Translations under genes and position numbers: made by a program
Source of the DNA: an uncultured Verrucomicrobiae bacterium
GTDB taxonomy: Bacteria; Verrucomicrobiota; Verrucomicrobiia; Chthoniobacterales; JAFAMB01
NCBI GenBank assembly: GCA_963837955.1
Contig: CAWIPH010000002.1
Location: 128,001-192,000, forward strand
DNA length: 64,000 nt
Direction of reading: 5' to 3'
Notes under the pieces: model-generated
What the model was told of the DNA's origin: nothing
The model's input: only the letters and a program-made list of their open reading frames with translations
The model's database searches: none
Shown here: positions 18,522 to 28,706 of the stretch, piece after piece
Layout: the number at the start of each line of letters is the position of its first letter
Numbering within the stretch: position 1 is the first letter of the stretch

Positions 18522-20111
18522 ATGCCGCGATCCAAGCTGATTTCTTTTGAACAAATTGGTGGTCTGATTCCGAACGAGGCAGTCGTCACGGTCAGCTCGT
18601 CCAGCGGTCTCGGGTGTCCGGATGCCACTCTCCGGGCAATTGGAGAGCACTACGCGGAGCATGGCTCGCCCAAAAATCTGACCACCCTGCATCCCATCGC
18701 TGCCGGAGACATGTATGGAATAGCTGGCATTGACCACTTGGCGCGACCGGGACTTCTGAAGCGCGTCTTGGCCGGCTCATTGCCGAGCGGGCCTTCGTCA
18801 CTCCCGAGTCCGAAAATCTGGCAAATGATCTTCGATGAACAGGTGGAGGCGTATAACCTGCCCAGCGGTATCCTATTTCATATGCATCGCGAGGCTGCTG
18901 CGGGCCGCCCCGGCATATTGACCAAGGTCGGGTTGGACACATTCGTCGATCCGAGGCGCCAAGGTAGTGCGATGAACGAGCGGTCGCCCCGAGATGTCGT
19001 GAAGGTAGTCGAATTCGAGGGCGAAGAGTGGCTGTTTTTCAAATCGATCATACCCCAGGTGGCAATTATTCGGGCGACCACGGCCGATGAGAAAGGCAAT
19101 CTCACGATGGAACATGAAGGTGCGTATTTGGGCGTATTAGATCAGGCGCTCGCGGTACGCAATCACGGAGGGATAGTGATCGCTCAGGTCAAACGTGTCG
19201 CAGCATATGGGACTCTGAAACCGCAGGATGTGAAAGTTCCGGGAATCCTGGTTGACTATATTGTAGTCGATCCAGAACAGCGGCAGACCACGCAGACCGA
19301 TTATGATCCGGCGATCAGTGGTGAGATTTTCCGACCGCTGGACGCGTTCGAACCGGTAGATTGGAACGTCGACAAAGTAATCGCCCGGCGGGCAGCGTTA
19401 GAGTTGCACCGAGATGACATCGTCAACTTGGGCTTTGGCATCAGCGCTCTGGTCCCCCGAATCGTCTTAGAGGAGGGGAAACACCGCGATGTGACTTGGG
19501 TGATAGAACAAGGGCCGGTGGGCGGTGTGCCGCTTCTTGGATTTGCCTTCGGCTGTGCGTCCAATGCGGATGCTATTCTGGCATCGCCCGACCAATTCAC
19601 GCTGTATCAAGGAGCAGGGTTCGACCGCAGTTTTCTATCGTTTCTTCAGGTCGATGGGGACGGCAGCGTGAACGTGTCCCGCTTGGCGGCACGACCGCAT
19701 GTGACTGCAGGCGCCGGTGGGTTTATCGATATCACTGCGGCTGCCAAAGCCATTGTCTTTTGTGGGTATTTCACTGCAGGCGGATTAGATCTCAGGCTCG
19801 AGAATGGCCGGCTGCGAATCGCGAAAGAGGGGAAAAACCGGAAGTTTGTATCGGAAGTGGAACATGTCACGTTCAGTGGACGTCGGGCCCGAGAGAATGG
19901 GCAGAAAGTCATTTATGTTACCGAGCGTTGCGTGCTGCGCTTGGGAAACGAGGGCCTCGAAGTATTTGAAATCGCCCCTGGAATCGATTTGCAACGAGAC
20001 GTTCTGGAACAGACCGATACTCCACTGCGAGTAGCGAAGGATCTAAAGGTCATGGAGGAACGGCTATTTCGGCCGGAACCTTTCGGCCTGGAACTCGGAC
20101 CGGAGCCCTAA
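18522..20111 (+). CDS. Acyl-CoA:acetate/3-ketoacid CoA-transferase (YdiF/propionate CoA-transferase type, fused subunits)
   Basis: 'TKVGLDTFVDPR', 'IIRATTADEKGN', 'VNLGFGI', catalytic 'IEQG', 'GAGGFIDI', 'YVTERCV'. Confidence 0.92.
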   Translation: MPRSKLISFEQIGGLIPNEAVVTVSSSSGLGCPDATLRAIGEHYAEHGSPKNLTTLHPIAAGDMYGIAGIDHLARPGLLKRVLAGSLPSGPSSLPSPKIWQMIFDEQVEAYNLPSGILFHMHREAAAGRPGILTKVGLDTFVDPRRQGSAMNERSPRDVVKVVEFEGEEWLFFKSIIPQVAIIRATTADEKGNLTMEHEGAYLGVLDQALAVRNHGGIVIAQVKRVAAYGTLKPQDVKVPGILVDYIVVDPEQRQTTQTDYDPAISGEIFRPLDAFEPVDWNVDKVIARRAALELHRDDIVNLGFGISALVPRIVLEEGKHRDVTWVIEQGPVGGVPLLGFAFGCASNADAILASPDQFTLYQGAGFDRSFLSFLQVDGDGSVNVSRLAARPHVTAGAGGFIDITAAAKAIVFCGYFTAGGLDLRLENGRLRIAKEGKNRKFVSEVEHVTFSGRRARENGQKVIYVTERCVLRLGNEGLEVFEIAPGIDLQRDVLEQTDTPLRVAKDLKVMEERLFRPEPFGLELGPEP

Positions 20112-20122
20112 TTTTTTCAAGT

Positions 20123-22363
20123 ATGACGTCGGTTCCCCCCATTGTCTTTACTCCGGCAGAGGCGAATACGCTGGCTGCGATCCTGGAACGTCTCTTCCCG
20201 GCCGATGAAAATGGGCCGGGAGCGACTGAAATCGGTGTGCTCGAGTACTTGGATCGAGCATTAAGCGGCCCTTACGCGGAAGCCCGCGACACTTATCGGC
20301 TCGGCTTGTTCGCGATTGATCAGGCGAGCGTGAACCGGTTTCAAACCGGCTTCGCCCACGCGTCGGTGAATCAGCAAGATGCCCTGTTGGCTGAATTGGA
20401 GGAAGGCAGCGTCAAAGAGTTCAGCGCGGTAGCTCCAAAAGAGTTTTTCGAGCTCGTCAGGACGCACCTACAGGAAGGTTTATTCTCCGACCCGTGGTAC
20501 GGCGGTAACCGCAACAAGGCAGGCTGGAGAGTTCTGGGACATCCTGGTGTTTGGCTGGAGAACAGTGCGGAAGAAAATCTCTGCTCGGAAGCGGTCGACA
20601 AAGGGGGCGTGATCCAATCGTTAGCGGATATCGAGCTGCCAAAACCGAAATCATCGCGTATCCCGAACTATAATCCGCAACGCGGCTCTGCCGATCCCCT
20701 ATCGGACGTTGACATAATATTGGTGGGAGCGGGATCGATGGGGTCGATTGTCGCGCCGATATTCGCGAAATCGGGACTGAAAGTGATTGCGTTTGAGCCG
20801 GGACCATTTCGGACCCAAGTCGATTATCTGCCTGATGAACTGGGGGCAGCTTATTACTGCCGAGCAACCATGGGGCCGAAGTTTGCCAACGAGATTCCCC
20901 GCTGGCGGCGGAACGAAGGCGAACCGACTGCAGCCGCAACCTTCTCGCTTGGCCGCATGATGAACAGCGTTGGAGGCTCAGTGATTCATTACGGAGCGTG
21001 GTTGCGCCGATTTCATCCCCACCATTTCCGGACGCTCTCTCACGTCAAGGAGCGATGGGGGACGACGGTTCTTCCAGAAGGTTGTCGATTGGCGGATTGG
21101 CCGGTCTCCTATGAGGAACTTGAACCGTTTTATACCCGGCTGGAACACGAGATCGGGGTTGCCGGCGACGAGACAAATCCATTTCTCTCGCGGAGCAAGC
21201 CATTGCCGATGCCGCCAATGCGCCCATTTCGTCTAGGGAACTTTTTCAGTGATGCCACGCGCCAGATGGGGCTGCATCCACATCCCGTCGCCGTCGGAGT
21301 CAACACCCTACCGTATGGTGGGAGACCTGCGACGACCAACAGCGCCTGGAGCAATGGATTCGGATCCTGCACCGGAGACAAATGGGATCCATCTCTCACT
21401 GCGATTCCGGAAGCCCTCGCAACCGGCAATCTTGATTTGCGCACGGGCTGCCGCGTGATCCGGATTCTCACGGATCGTGACGGACATGCTAGTGGGGTTG
21501 AATACATTGATCCACTAGGCCGACGGAAAATCCAAGAGGCGCGCACAGTCATTCTTTGCGCTTATACCTTCGAAAATTTGCGGCTCTTGTTTCTGTCCGG
21601 AGACGGTTCGCATCCAAACGGTCTGGGAAATAATTCCCATCAGCTCGGTCGCTATTTCATGACCAAGATGTTCGCGCACGTTGACGGCTTTTTCCCGGAG
21701 ATCAATTTCAATCGCCATACCGGTCCGGCTGCGCAGGGCGTTGTCCTCGATGACTTTTTGGCGGCGGACTTCGAATCCGTCCAACACGGGTTTATCGGTG
21801 GCGCTACTTTAGGTGCCGAGCAACAATTCTTGCCGATTCAGATCAGCCGCGAAGCATTGCCACCGAGCGTGCGGCGTTGGGGTAAACCCTACAAAGATCA
21901 TCTCCGGCAATGGCAGCACTTTGGGGTGGTGCGGATCCAGCCCGACACACTTTCGTACGACAACAACTTCATCGATATCGATCCCCGTCACCGCGATCGG
22001 AGCGGAGTCGGAATGCCCGTGATTCGCATTACCTATGATATGAGAGAGAACGAGCAGCGTCTGGCGGCATGGATGGAGGCGAAAGCGGAGGAGGTCTTAC
22101 GAAAAATGGGCGCTACTGCCACCTGGCGAGGGAAACGATTTACCGGAGTTGGCAGCAGCCACGACTTTGGTGGTGCAAGGATGGGAGAAGACCCAGGTGT
22201 CTCAGTGCTTGATCCGCAATTGCAGGTTCATGATACGCCTGGGCTCTACGTTTTTAGCGGCGCGGCGTTCCCGACCTGTCCAGGTATCAATCCAACCCTA
22301 ACGCTAATGGCTGTGTGCGTTCGTGCTGCCGAACAGCTGGTGAGGAAGCTGAGAGGGAAATGA
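20123..22363 (+). CDS. Fusion of gluconate 2-dehydrogenase subunit-3-like domain and GMC flavoprotein
   Basis: N-terminus 'LAAILERLFPADENGPGA..YLDRAL..EGLFSDPWYGGNRNKAGWRVLGHPG', then 'ILVGAGSMG', 'VGGSVIHY', 'DWPVSYEELEPFY', 'HDFGGARMG', 'NPTLT'. Confidence 0.88.
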   Translation: MTSVPPIVFTPAEANTLAAILERLFPADENGPGATEIGVLEYLDRALSGPYAEARDTYRLGLFAIDQASVNRFQTGFAHASVNQQDALLAELEEGSVKEFSAVAPKEFFELVRTHLQEGLFSDPWYGGNRNKAGWRVLGHPGVWLENSAEENLCSEAVDKGGVIQSLADIELPKPKSSRIPNYNPQRGSADPLSDVDIILVGAGSMGSIVAPIFAKSGLKVIAFEPGPFRTQVDYLPDELGAAYYCRATMGPKFANEIPRWRRNEGEPTAAATFSLGRMMNSVGGSVIHYGAWLRRFHPHHFRTLSHVKERWGTTVLPEGCRLADWPVSYEELEPFYTRLEHEIGVAGDETNPFLSRSKPLPMPPMRPFRLGNFFSDATRQMGLHPHPVAVGVNTLPYGGRPATTNSAWSNGFGSCTGDKWDPSLTAIPEALATGNLDLRTGCRVIRILTDRDGHASGVEYIDPLGRRKIQEARTVILCAYTFENLRLLFLSGDGSHPNGLGNNSHQLGRYFMTKMFAHVDGFFPEINFNRHTGPAAQGVVLDDFLAADFESVQHGFIGGATLGAEQQFLPIQISREALPPSVRRWGKPYKDHLRQWQHFGVVRIQPDTLSYDNNFIDIDPRHRDRSGVGMPVIRITYDMRENEQRLAAWMEAKAEEVLRKMGATATWRGKRFTGVGSSHDFGGARMGEDPGVSVLDPQLQVHDTPGLYVFSGAAFPTCPGINPTLTLMAVCVRAAEQLVRKLRGK

Positions 22364-22377
22364 AAGGCCTTGGCTTA

Positions 22378-22680
22378 GTAGGGCGGACCCTCCAGGCTCC
22401 GCGGCCCGAGGCGTTATTAACCTCAAGGAGTCCACAAATCGCCGTGACTTTGCCTCGAGCTCGGTTCCGGAGCGTGGACGATCCGGCTACGTTTTTGGCG
22501 GCCCATAGGTCGGAGGGCGCGGCGCTTGCGCCGCCCGGAAACGATCCAAGACGCACCGAGGAATCGAGGCCATGGATTCGGCTGGCTCTATTCGATCATG
22601 GGTTGTTCCCGGGCGTCGCAAGCGACGCCCCTCCGCTTTCAGGGGTTGTTCCGGCCGAAAGAAGTCGGCACGCCCTCCGT
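22378..22680. repeat. Cluster of GTAG- and GGAG-type REP-like hairpins
   Basis: GTAGGGCGGA..ATCCGGCTAC (22378-22490) and CGGAGGGCGCGGCGC..GACGCCCCTCCG (22511-22635) in an intra-operon gap. Confidence 0.6.
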
Positions 22681-22719
22681 CGTCAGGGGTTCCTCTTTGA
22701 CGCGAAAAGATAAGACTCG

Positions 22720-23490
22720 ATGAACGATTCGACCAAAATTCAGATTTTCGCGGAAGCCCCGATTGCGCGGGTGACATTGCATCGACCGGAAAAGCTAAAC
22801 GCTCTGGATCCGGAGATGCTGACGGCCTTGGAAACCGGGTTGAGTCTGCTGGAGGAGCGGAGGGATATCCGGATAGTGATTCTCCAAGCGAGTGGAGAAA
22901 AAGCTTTCTGCGTGGGCGCCGATATCAATGCTTGGACCGCTTTGACCCCGTTGCAGATGTGGTCCGAATGGATTCGACACGGGCACCGCGTTTTTTCTCG
23001 GCTGCATCAATTGCGGCAGCCAGTCATTTGCGCGATTCAAGGTTTGGCATTTGGCGGCGGTCTAGAACTGGCGTTGGCCTGCGACATCCGCGTTGCTGCC
23101 GAGACTGCGAGGTTTGCCATGCCGGAGGTCAAGTTGGGTACGGTGCCAGGTTGGGGAGGGACTGCTCGTCTGCCGGAGCTGATTGGCAAGGGTCGAGCGC
23201 AACAAATGATCCTATCGGGAGAACCGATCACTGCCCACGTGGCGGAACGGTGGGGTCTAGTAAACGAAGTAGTTCCGATAGACCGATTGAGCGCACGAGT
23301 CGAAGAACTGGCAAACCGGATAGCCGCAAATGCGCCGGTCTCGGTGCAAACCGCTAAGCAGTTAGTAGCCGGCTCCAATGCAGTAACTCTGGAGTCGATC
23401 GCTGCTGCTACGAATGCTTTCACCCAAGATGCCGCGGAAGGATTAGCGGCTTTTCGCGAGAAACGTAACCCCAACTTTCAAGGCCTATGA
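22720..23490 (+). CDS. Enoyl-CoA hydratase/isomerase (crotonase) family protein
   Basis: 'RPEKLNAL', 'AFCVGADI', 'GGGLELALACDIR', 'MPEVKLGTVPGWGGT'; both catalytic Glu positions are present. Confidence 0.95.
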   Translation: MNDSTKIQIFAEAPIARVTLHRPEKLNALDPEMLTALETGLSLLEERRDIRIVILQASGEKAFCVGADINAWTALTPLQMWSEWIRHGHRVFSRLHQLRQPVICAIQGLAFGGGLELALACDIRVAAETARFAMPEVKLGTVPGWGGTARLPELIGKGRAQQMILSGEPITAHVAERWGLVNEVVPIDRLSARVEELANRIAANAPVSVQTAKQLVAGSNAVTLESIAAATNAFTQDAAEGLAAFREKRNPNFQGL

Positions 23491-24998
23491 ACCAACCTCC
23501 TTCGAAACCGTTTCAGTACCAATTATGGATCAATGGAAAGGAAGCAACATCCAGGTCCGGAAAGACGTTTGATCGGCGCAGTCCGGCTCACGACGTAGTG
23601 GTTGGCGTTTATCCGCTGGCCGCCAACGAAGACACTGATCTCGCGGTGGCTGCTGCCCGGCATGCATTTGATACGGGACCGTGGCCAAAACGTTCGGGGG
23701 CCGAGCGCGCGGCCTGCCTGGCGAAGTCGGCTGCACTCATCCGGGCAAACGCAGAGGAATTGGCACTGATCGAGACGCTGGAAAGCGGAAAACCGATCGG
23801 CCAAGCCCGAAACGAGATGGAATGGGCGGCCGGAATTTGGGACTACGCGGCGGCCTCTTGTCGCAACCTTGCTGGAGATACCTACAACTCTTTGGGAGAA
23901 CAGATGCTCGGGCTAGTGGTACGCGAGCCGATTGGGGTGGTCGGTATGATCACTCCTTGGAATTTTCCGCTGTTGATCATTAGTCAGAAATTGCCTTTTG
24001 CTTTGGCCGCTGGTTGTACCTGCGTGATTAAACCGAGCGAACTGACTCCTGGTACCACCTTGCGGTTGGGGCCATTGCTCGCGGAAGCGGGAATCCCTGC
24101 CGGCGTTGTCAATATTCTGAGCGGCTATGGCGATCCGGTTGGCCAACGGCTTAGCTCCCATACCGATATCGACATGATGTCATTCACCGGCTCCACCGAG
24201 GTCGGGAAAATGGTCGTCGAAGCTTCTCGCTCAAACCTGAAAAAAGTTGGGCTCGAACTCGGGGGCAAGAATCCTCAAATCATTTTTGCCGATGCTGACT
24301 TAGAGGCTGCCCTTGATGCCGCCGTATTCGGCATTTGCTTCAACATGGGAGAGTGCTGCAACAGTGGGAGCCGCTTGTTAGTGGAGCGCTCGATCTACGA
24401 CAAATTCGTCGAGCGTTTGATCAGCCTCACGCGAGAAGTACAAGTCGGCGATCCTTTGGACGAAAATACCCAAGTTGGTGCAATCGTGAATGACGAACAA
24501 CTCGACAAGATCCTTCACTATATCGCCGACGGTCAGCGGTCCGGAGCGAATTTGCGATCAGGCGGACGACGGTTGAAGAGCGTTGCTGGCAGGTTTGTTG
24601 AGCCGACGATCTTCTCCGATGTCCGTCCGGATATGCCGATTGCGCGAGAAGAAATTTTCGGACCGGTTCTTTCGGTGCTGCCTTTCGATCACGCGGACGA
24701 GGCGATCGCGATCGCGAATAGCACGCCGTACGGATTATCGGCCGCGGTCTGGACTCGAGATTTGGATCGAGCCTTCTCTGTCAGTCGAGGTGTACGGGCC
24801 GGAACGGTCTGGATCAATACCTTCATGGAAGGACCGGCTGAGCTGCCATTTGGCGGATACAAGGAAAGCGGCTTAGGCAGGGAACTGGGCAGGTCAGCGA
24901 TCGAGGAGTTCACAGACCTTAAGACCATTCAGGTGCATTTCGGCCCGCGAACGGGTTGGTGGGTCAAACCGGGAATCGGCAAACCAGAAGAGAAATGA
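23487..24998 (+). CDS. NAD(P)-dependent aldehyde dehydrogenase, L-sorbosone dehydrogenase-like
   Basis: 'ITPWNFP', 'FTGST', 'LELGGKNP', catalytic 'GECC', 'EEIFGPV'. 'FDRRSPAHDV' and 'GDTYNSLGE' resemble sorbosone dehydrogenases. Confidence 0.92.
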   Translation: MNQPPSKPFQYQLWINGKEATSRSGKTFDRRSPAHDVVVGVYPLAANEDTDLAVAAARHAFDTGPWPKRSGAERAACLAKSAALIRANAEELALIETLESGKPIGQARNEMEWAAGIWDYAAASCRNLAGDTYNSLGEQMLGLVVREPIGVVGMITPWNFPLLIISQKLPFALAAGCTCVIKPSELTPGTTLRLGPLLAEAGIPAGVVNILSGYGDPVGQRLSSHTDIDMMSFTGSTEVGKMVVEASRSNLKKVGLELGGKNPQIIFADADLEAALDAAVFGICFNMGECCNSGSRLLVERSIYDKFVERLISLTREVQVGDPLDENTQVGAIVNDEQLDKILHYIADGQRSGANLRSGGRRLKSVAGRFVEPTIFSDVRPDMPIAREEIFGPVLSVLPFDHADEAIAIANSTPYGLSAAVWTRDLDRAFSVSRGVRAGTVWINTFMEGPAELPFGGYKESGLGRELGRSAIEEFTDLKTIQVHFGPRTGWWVKPGIGKPEEK

Positions 24999-26146
24999 AC
25001 CATCCCCTCGGAATCGAACAACTGGATGATGCCGCGCTTCCCGATCTGCGCCGCCGCGCGGAGACGACTTTGGATTTTGCAGGGAAACAGATCCGCCAAT
25101 TGATTACGCGTTACCCGGATTACTTCCCTTTATTTACTAAGAGCGGAAAATGGCAACACGATCGCGAAGCCTGGACCAATTGGTGCGAGGGCTTTCTGGG
25201 TGGAATGCTCTGGATTCTCGCGCGCCATCGAGAGGATCGCTGGTATCGCGAGCAAGCGGAGCGCTACTCACTCTTAATAGAACACAGGAAAACGGATCGG
25301 ACCGTTCATGATCTGGGCTTTCTTTTTCTTCCCACTTGGAAGGTCTGGTATGAGCTAACTGGCGATCCGGCAAAGAGACAGGTGGTGATCGATGCGGGCC
25401 GCACGCTGGCTTTGCGTTTCCAGGAGAAAGGGCGCTATCTCCGCTCGTTCGTGGCACCGGAAAGCCTGTTCATCGACATCATGATGAACGTTGGACTGAT
25501 TTTCTATGTAGCCAAAGAAACCCAGGACGATGCCTTGTGGAGAATCGCGGTTCAGCATTGTTTGACCACCAGACGCTATTTGGTCCGTGGTGACGGCAGC
25601 ACCGCACATGAAGGAATTTTTGATCTGAATACAGGTGAATTTCTGCGCCAATCGACACACCAGGGTTGGCGGAGTGATTCGAGTTGGGCTCGGGGCCAAG
25701 CGTGGGCAATATACGGCTTTACCACCGCCTACGAATTTACGAGCGACGATCGGTTTCTGAAAACGGCACAACAATGCGCCGATTTTTTTATCGATCGTAC
25801 GCCCCGACATGGTGTTCCTCCGAACGACTGGGAGCAACCCGCGCCGCCGCAACCTTACGAAAGTTCGGCCGCTGCCATTGCGGCACGCGGTCTGTTAGCC
25901 CTGAGTGAGGCCGGGAAGGACGCGGCGGCCGCGCAGGCTTACCGGGCCAGGGCGCATCGCATTTTAGAAACGCTGCTCGGCCCCGAGTTTTTGGCCGTTC
26001 AGACCACTGGCTGGGAGGGTATCCTCAAACACGGGATTTATCACGAGGGTAAGCAGCTGGGGGTCGATGAAAGCGTGATGTGGGGAGAATACTTTTTCCT
26101 TTCGGCGATTGATTCTTTGCTCGCCGGTTATGGAATTGATCGCTAA
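24995..26146 (+). CDS. Glycoside hydrolase family 88 (unsaturated glucuronyl hydrolase-like)
   Basis: 'WCEGFLGGMLW', 'HDLGF', 'IDIMMN', 'THQG..SSWARGQAWAIYGF', 'ESSAAAIAA', 'WGEYFF'; ATGA overlap with the ALDH stop. Confidence 0.9.
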   Translation: MNHPLGIEQLDDAALPDLRRRAETTLDFAGKQIRQLITRYPDYFPLFTKSGKWQHDREAWTNWCEGFLGGMLWILARHREDRWYREQAERYSLLIEHRKTDRTVHDLGFLFLPTWKVWYELTGDPAKRQVVIDAGRTLALRFQEKGRYLRSFVAPESLFIDIMMNVGLIFYVAKETQDDALWRIAVQHCLTTRRYLVRGDGSTAHEGIFDLNTGEFLRQSTHQGWRSDSSWARGQAWAIYGFTTAYEFTSDDRFLKTAQQCADFFIDRTPRHGVPPNDWEQPAPPQPYESSAAAIAARGLLALSEAGKDAAAAQAYRARAHRILETLLGPEFLAVQTTGWEGILKHGIYHEGKQLGVDESVMWGEYFFLSAIDSLLAGYGIDR

Positions 26147-26229
26147 TTCTTCATTCTATTTGAATTAATCGCCCAGAGACGCAAAATCTTCATGCATTTT
26201 TTATATAACCACATCATAACTACACGCGA

Positions 26230-27498
26230 ATGAAGAAGTTACCCCCCCAACTAGTCGGTTTAGCGCTTGCCGCGCTAGCCCTGATGCCCGCAGCGAGCAA
26301 CGCTGCCGGCGATAAGAAACTCGAGGTATTTTCCTGGTGGACCTCCGGCGGAGAAGCGGCCGCTCTCGACGCTCTCTTTAAGAACTACAAGGAGAAAGAT
26401 CCGGGTGTCGAAATCATCAATGCCACCGTGGCTGGTGGCGGCGGTTCTGCCGCACGCCCGGTGCTGCAAGCCAGGTTAGCTGGCGGCAATCCGCCCGATA
26501 CCTGGCAAACTCACCCGGGCTTTGAGTTGATCGACCAATATGTGGCTTCGGGATACTGTGAGCCGGTCACAGACATCTACACGAGCGAGGGCTGGAATAA
26601 AGTCGTCCCTCAAGGGTTGATCGATATGCTGAGCAAGGAAGGCAAAGCTTATTCGGTACTCTGCGGCGTGCACCGCGGCAATGTGCTCTGGTACAACAAG
26701 AAGCTGCTGGCGAAGAACGGCATCAAAGTCGGAGATAAGATGACTTTTGATGAGTTTTTTGCTGCAGCGGACAAGCTGAAAGCTGCGGGTGTTACTCCGC
26801 TGGCGGTCGGAGATACCGGTATCTGGGCGAGTGCACAGCTATTCGAGAACACCTTGCTCGGCGTTGTCGGCGCGCAAGGTTGGAAAGACCTGTTCAGTGG
26901 GAAGATGAGTTTTGACGATCCTAAGGTGAAGCAAGCTGCCACGCTTTACGGCAAGCTGCTTAAGTACCAAAATAGCGACCACTCGGCACTCTCTTGGGAC
27001 CAGGCGGTCAAAGCCGTCGAGGAAGGAAAGTGCGCGTTTACCTCGATGGGCGATTGGACGGTCGGCGAATTCGTCAAGGCAGGATTCAAACCGAACGAAG
27101 ACTTCGGCTGGGTTTCGCATCCGGGAACAGATGGTTCGTTTATCATCGTGGCGGACGGCTTTACCCTGGCTAAAGGCGCCCCGCACAAAGATGAAACTAT
27201 CGCGTGGTTGAAATCGATCGGGAGCAAAGAATCCCAAGAGGCTTTCAATCCTCTCAAAGGATCGATTCCGGACCGCACCGATGTTGATAAGAGCAAGTTC
27301 GGCCCGTACCACCAGTGGTCAATGGCTTCGTTCGCCAAGGACTCCTTGATCCCAAGCTGTGTGCATGGCGAAGCTGCTCCTGCGGCGTTCCAACAATCGT
27401 TGAACGACGCGGTCACCTCATTCGTAGCTAACCAAAACGTCGACCAATTTCTGTCTGCGTTGGTCCAAGCCGCGAAAGATTCGGGTATCACGAAGTAA
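26230..27498 (+). CDS. Carbohydrate ABC transporter substrate-binding protein (glucose/mannose-binding type)
   Basis: Signal peptide; 'LEVFSWWTSGGEAAAL', 'GNPPDTWQ', 'VHRGNVLWYN', 'MGDW', 'FNPLKGSIP'. Confidence 0.92.
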   Translation: MKKLPPQLVGLALAALALMPAASNAAGDKKLEVFSWWTSGGEAAALDALFKNYKEKDPGVEIINATVAGGGGSAARPVLQARLAGGNPPDTWQTHPGFELIDQYVASGYCEPVTDIYTSEGWNKVVPQGLIDMLSKEGKAYSVLCGVHRGNVLWYNKKLLAKNGIKVGDKMTFDEFFAAADKLKAAGVTPLAVGDTGIWASAQLFENTLLGVVGAQGWKDLFSGKMSFDDPKVKQAATLYGKLLKYQNSDHSALSWDQAVKAVEEGKCAFTSMGDWTVGEFVKAGFKPNEDFGWVSHPGTDGSFIIVADGFTLAKGAPHKDETIAWLKSIGSKESQEAFNPLKGSIPDRTDVDKSKFGPYHQWSMASFAKDSLIPSCVHGEAAPAAFQQSLNDAVTSFVANQNVDQFLSALVQAAKDSGITK

Positions 27499-27511
27499 CA
27501 AGTTTGAACTG

Positions 27512-27551
27512 GCGGCGCTGCGCGCGGAAACGTAATCGCGCGTCAGCGCCG
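27512..27551 (+). terminator. GC-rich stem-loop after the SBP gene (terminator or mRNA-stabilising hairpin)
   Basis: CGGCGCTG-CGCGCG...CGCGCG-T-CAGCGCCG; no clear U-tract. Confidence 0.45.
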
Positions 27552-27560
27552 TTCAGGCTG

Positions 27561-27615
27561 GGTAGGGACGAGCTCCGCTCGTCCGTCCGCCAGACGAGCG
27601 GGGCTCGTCCCTACC
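27561..27615. repeat. GTAG-type REP doublet
   Basis: GGTAGGGACGAGCTCCGCTCGTCC...GACGAGCGGGGCTCGTCCCTACC. Confidence 0.8.
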
Positions 27616-27621
27616 GGATTG

Positions 27622-28698
27622 ATGAAGATGAAAACTAGCGGCACGCCGATAGAAAAAACTCCGTCCAGCGGAAGCGTGCAAAACCGAGGGCCACGGGATC
27701 GAGGGCGAAAAGCGGGGCGGCGCGGATTCAACCAGGCCTGGCTTTCTCCGATCATCCTCACACCGACGATGATCGCAATAATCGTCTTCGTCTACGTCTT
27801 CATCGGAATCACGGTTTGGGTTTCCTTGTCCAAGTGGGGTACGCTCCGCATGAACCTGGACCTGCGCGATCCGTTCGGCTTTACCTATGTGCAGATGTTT
27901 GCGATGCCGCGTTGGCACGCGAACCTGCGGAATGTGGTGGTTTTCACGGTGCTGTTTTTAACTCTCTCCATGAGTCTTGGACTGGTTCTGGCACTGCTGA
28001 TCGACCGGAAGTTGATCGGTCACACGATTCTGCGGAACATCTTCCTATTTCCCTACGCACTTTCTTTCATCGTTACTGGGATTGCTTGGCGCTGGATCTT
28101 CAATCCGGAAACCGGAATAAATCTTCTGTTTGATGGACTCGGTATCAACCATCTCATTACCTCACTTGGTGGGCCGCCATTAAAGCCTGGATGGACCACT
28201 GATCCGGCGGTGCTCTTCTCCGTGAACGATTGGCTGGGGAACATCTTCCCTGCCGTAAAGGGTATGAGTATTCAGCTGGGCATTCCCTTAGCGATGATTC
28301 CAGTGGTGGTCGCGGCTGCCTGGCAGCTCAGCGGCTTTGCTATGGCCATGTATCTCGCTGGACTTGCTACGATTCCGAACGATCTGCGCGAAGCAGCGCG
28401 CATCGACGGAGCAACCGAAATCCAGATCTATCGGAAAGTGGTCCTGCCCTTACTGCAACCCGTGACAGTCAGCACGGCTATTATTCTGGGACATGTCTCG
28501 CTTAAGATTTTCGATCTAATTTTTGCGATGACCGGTACCGGTCCAGGGTTTGCCACCGATGTGCCCGGCATCTTTGTTTTTGACATGACGTTTAAGGCAA
28601 CCCGCTACAACCTTGGCGCCGCTGCTTCCGTCGTGATGCTCATCCTGGTGAGTCTGGTTATCGTTCCGTATCTCTGGGCCAATTTGAGACGTCGTTAA
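27622..28698 (+). CDS. Carbohydrate ABC transporter permease
   Basis: Multiple TM helices; EAA motif 'LREAARIDGA'. Start is uncertain. Confidence 0.92.
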   Translation: MKMKTSGTPIEKTPSSGSVQNRGPRDRGRKAGRRGFNQAWLSPIILTPTMIAIIVFVYVFIGITVWVSLSKWGTLRMNLDLRDPFGFTYVQMFAMPRWHANLRNVVVFTVLFLTLSMSLGLVLALLIDRKLIGHTILRNIFLFPYALSFIVTGIAWRWIFNPETGINLLFDGLGINHLITSLGGPPLKPGWTTDPAVLFSVNDWLGNIFPAVKGMSIQLGIPLAMIPVVVAAAWQLSGFAMAMYLAGLATIPNDLREAARIDGATEIQIYRKVVLPLLQPVTVSTAIILGHVSLKIFDLIFAMTGTGPGFATDVPGIFVFDMTFKATRYNLGAAASVVMLILVSLVIVPYLWANLRRR

Positions 28699-28706
28699 GG
28701 ACTTTC

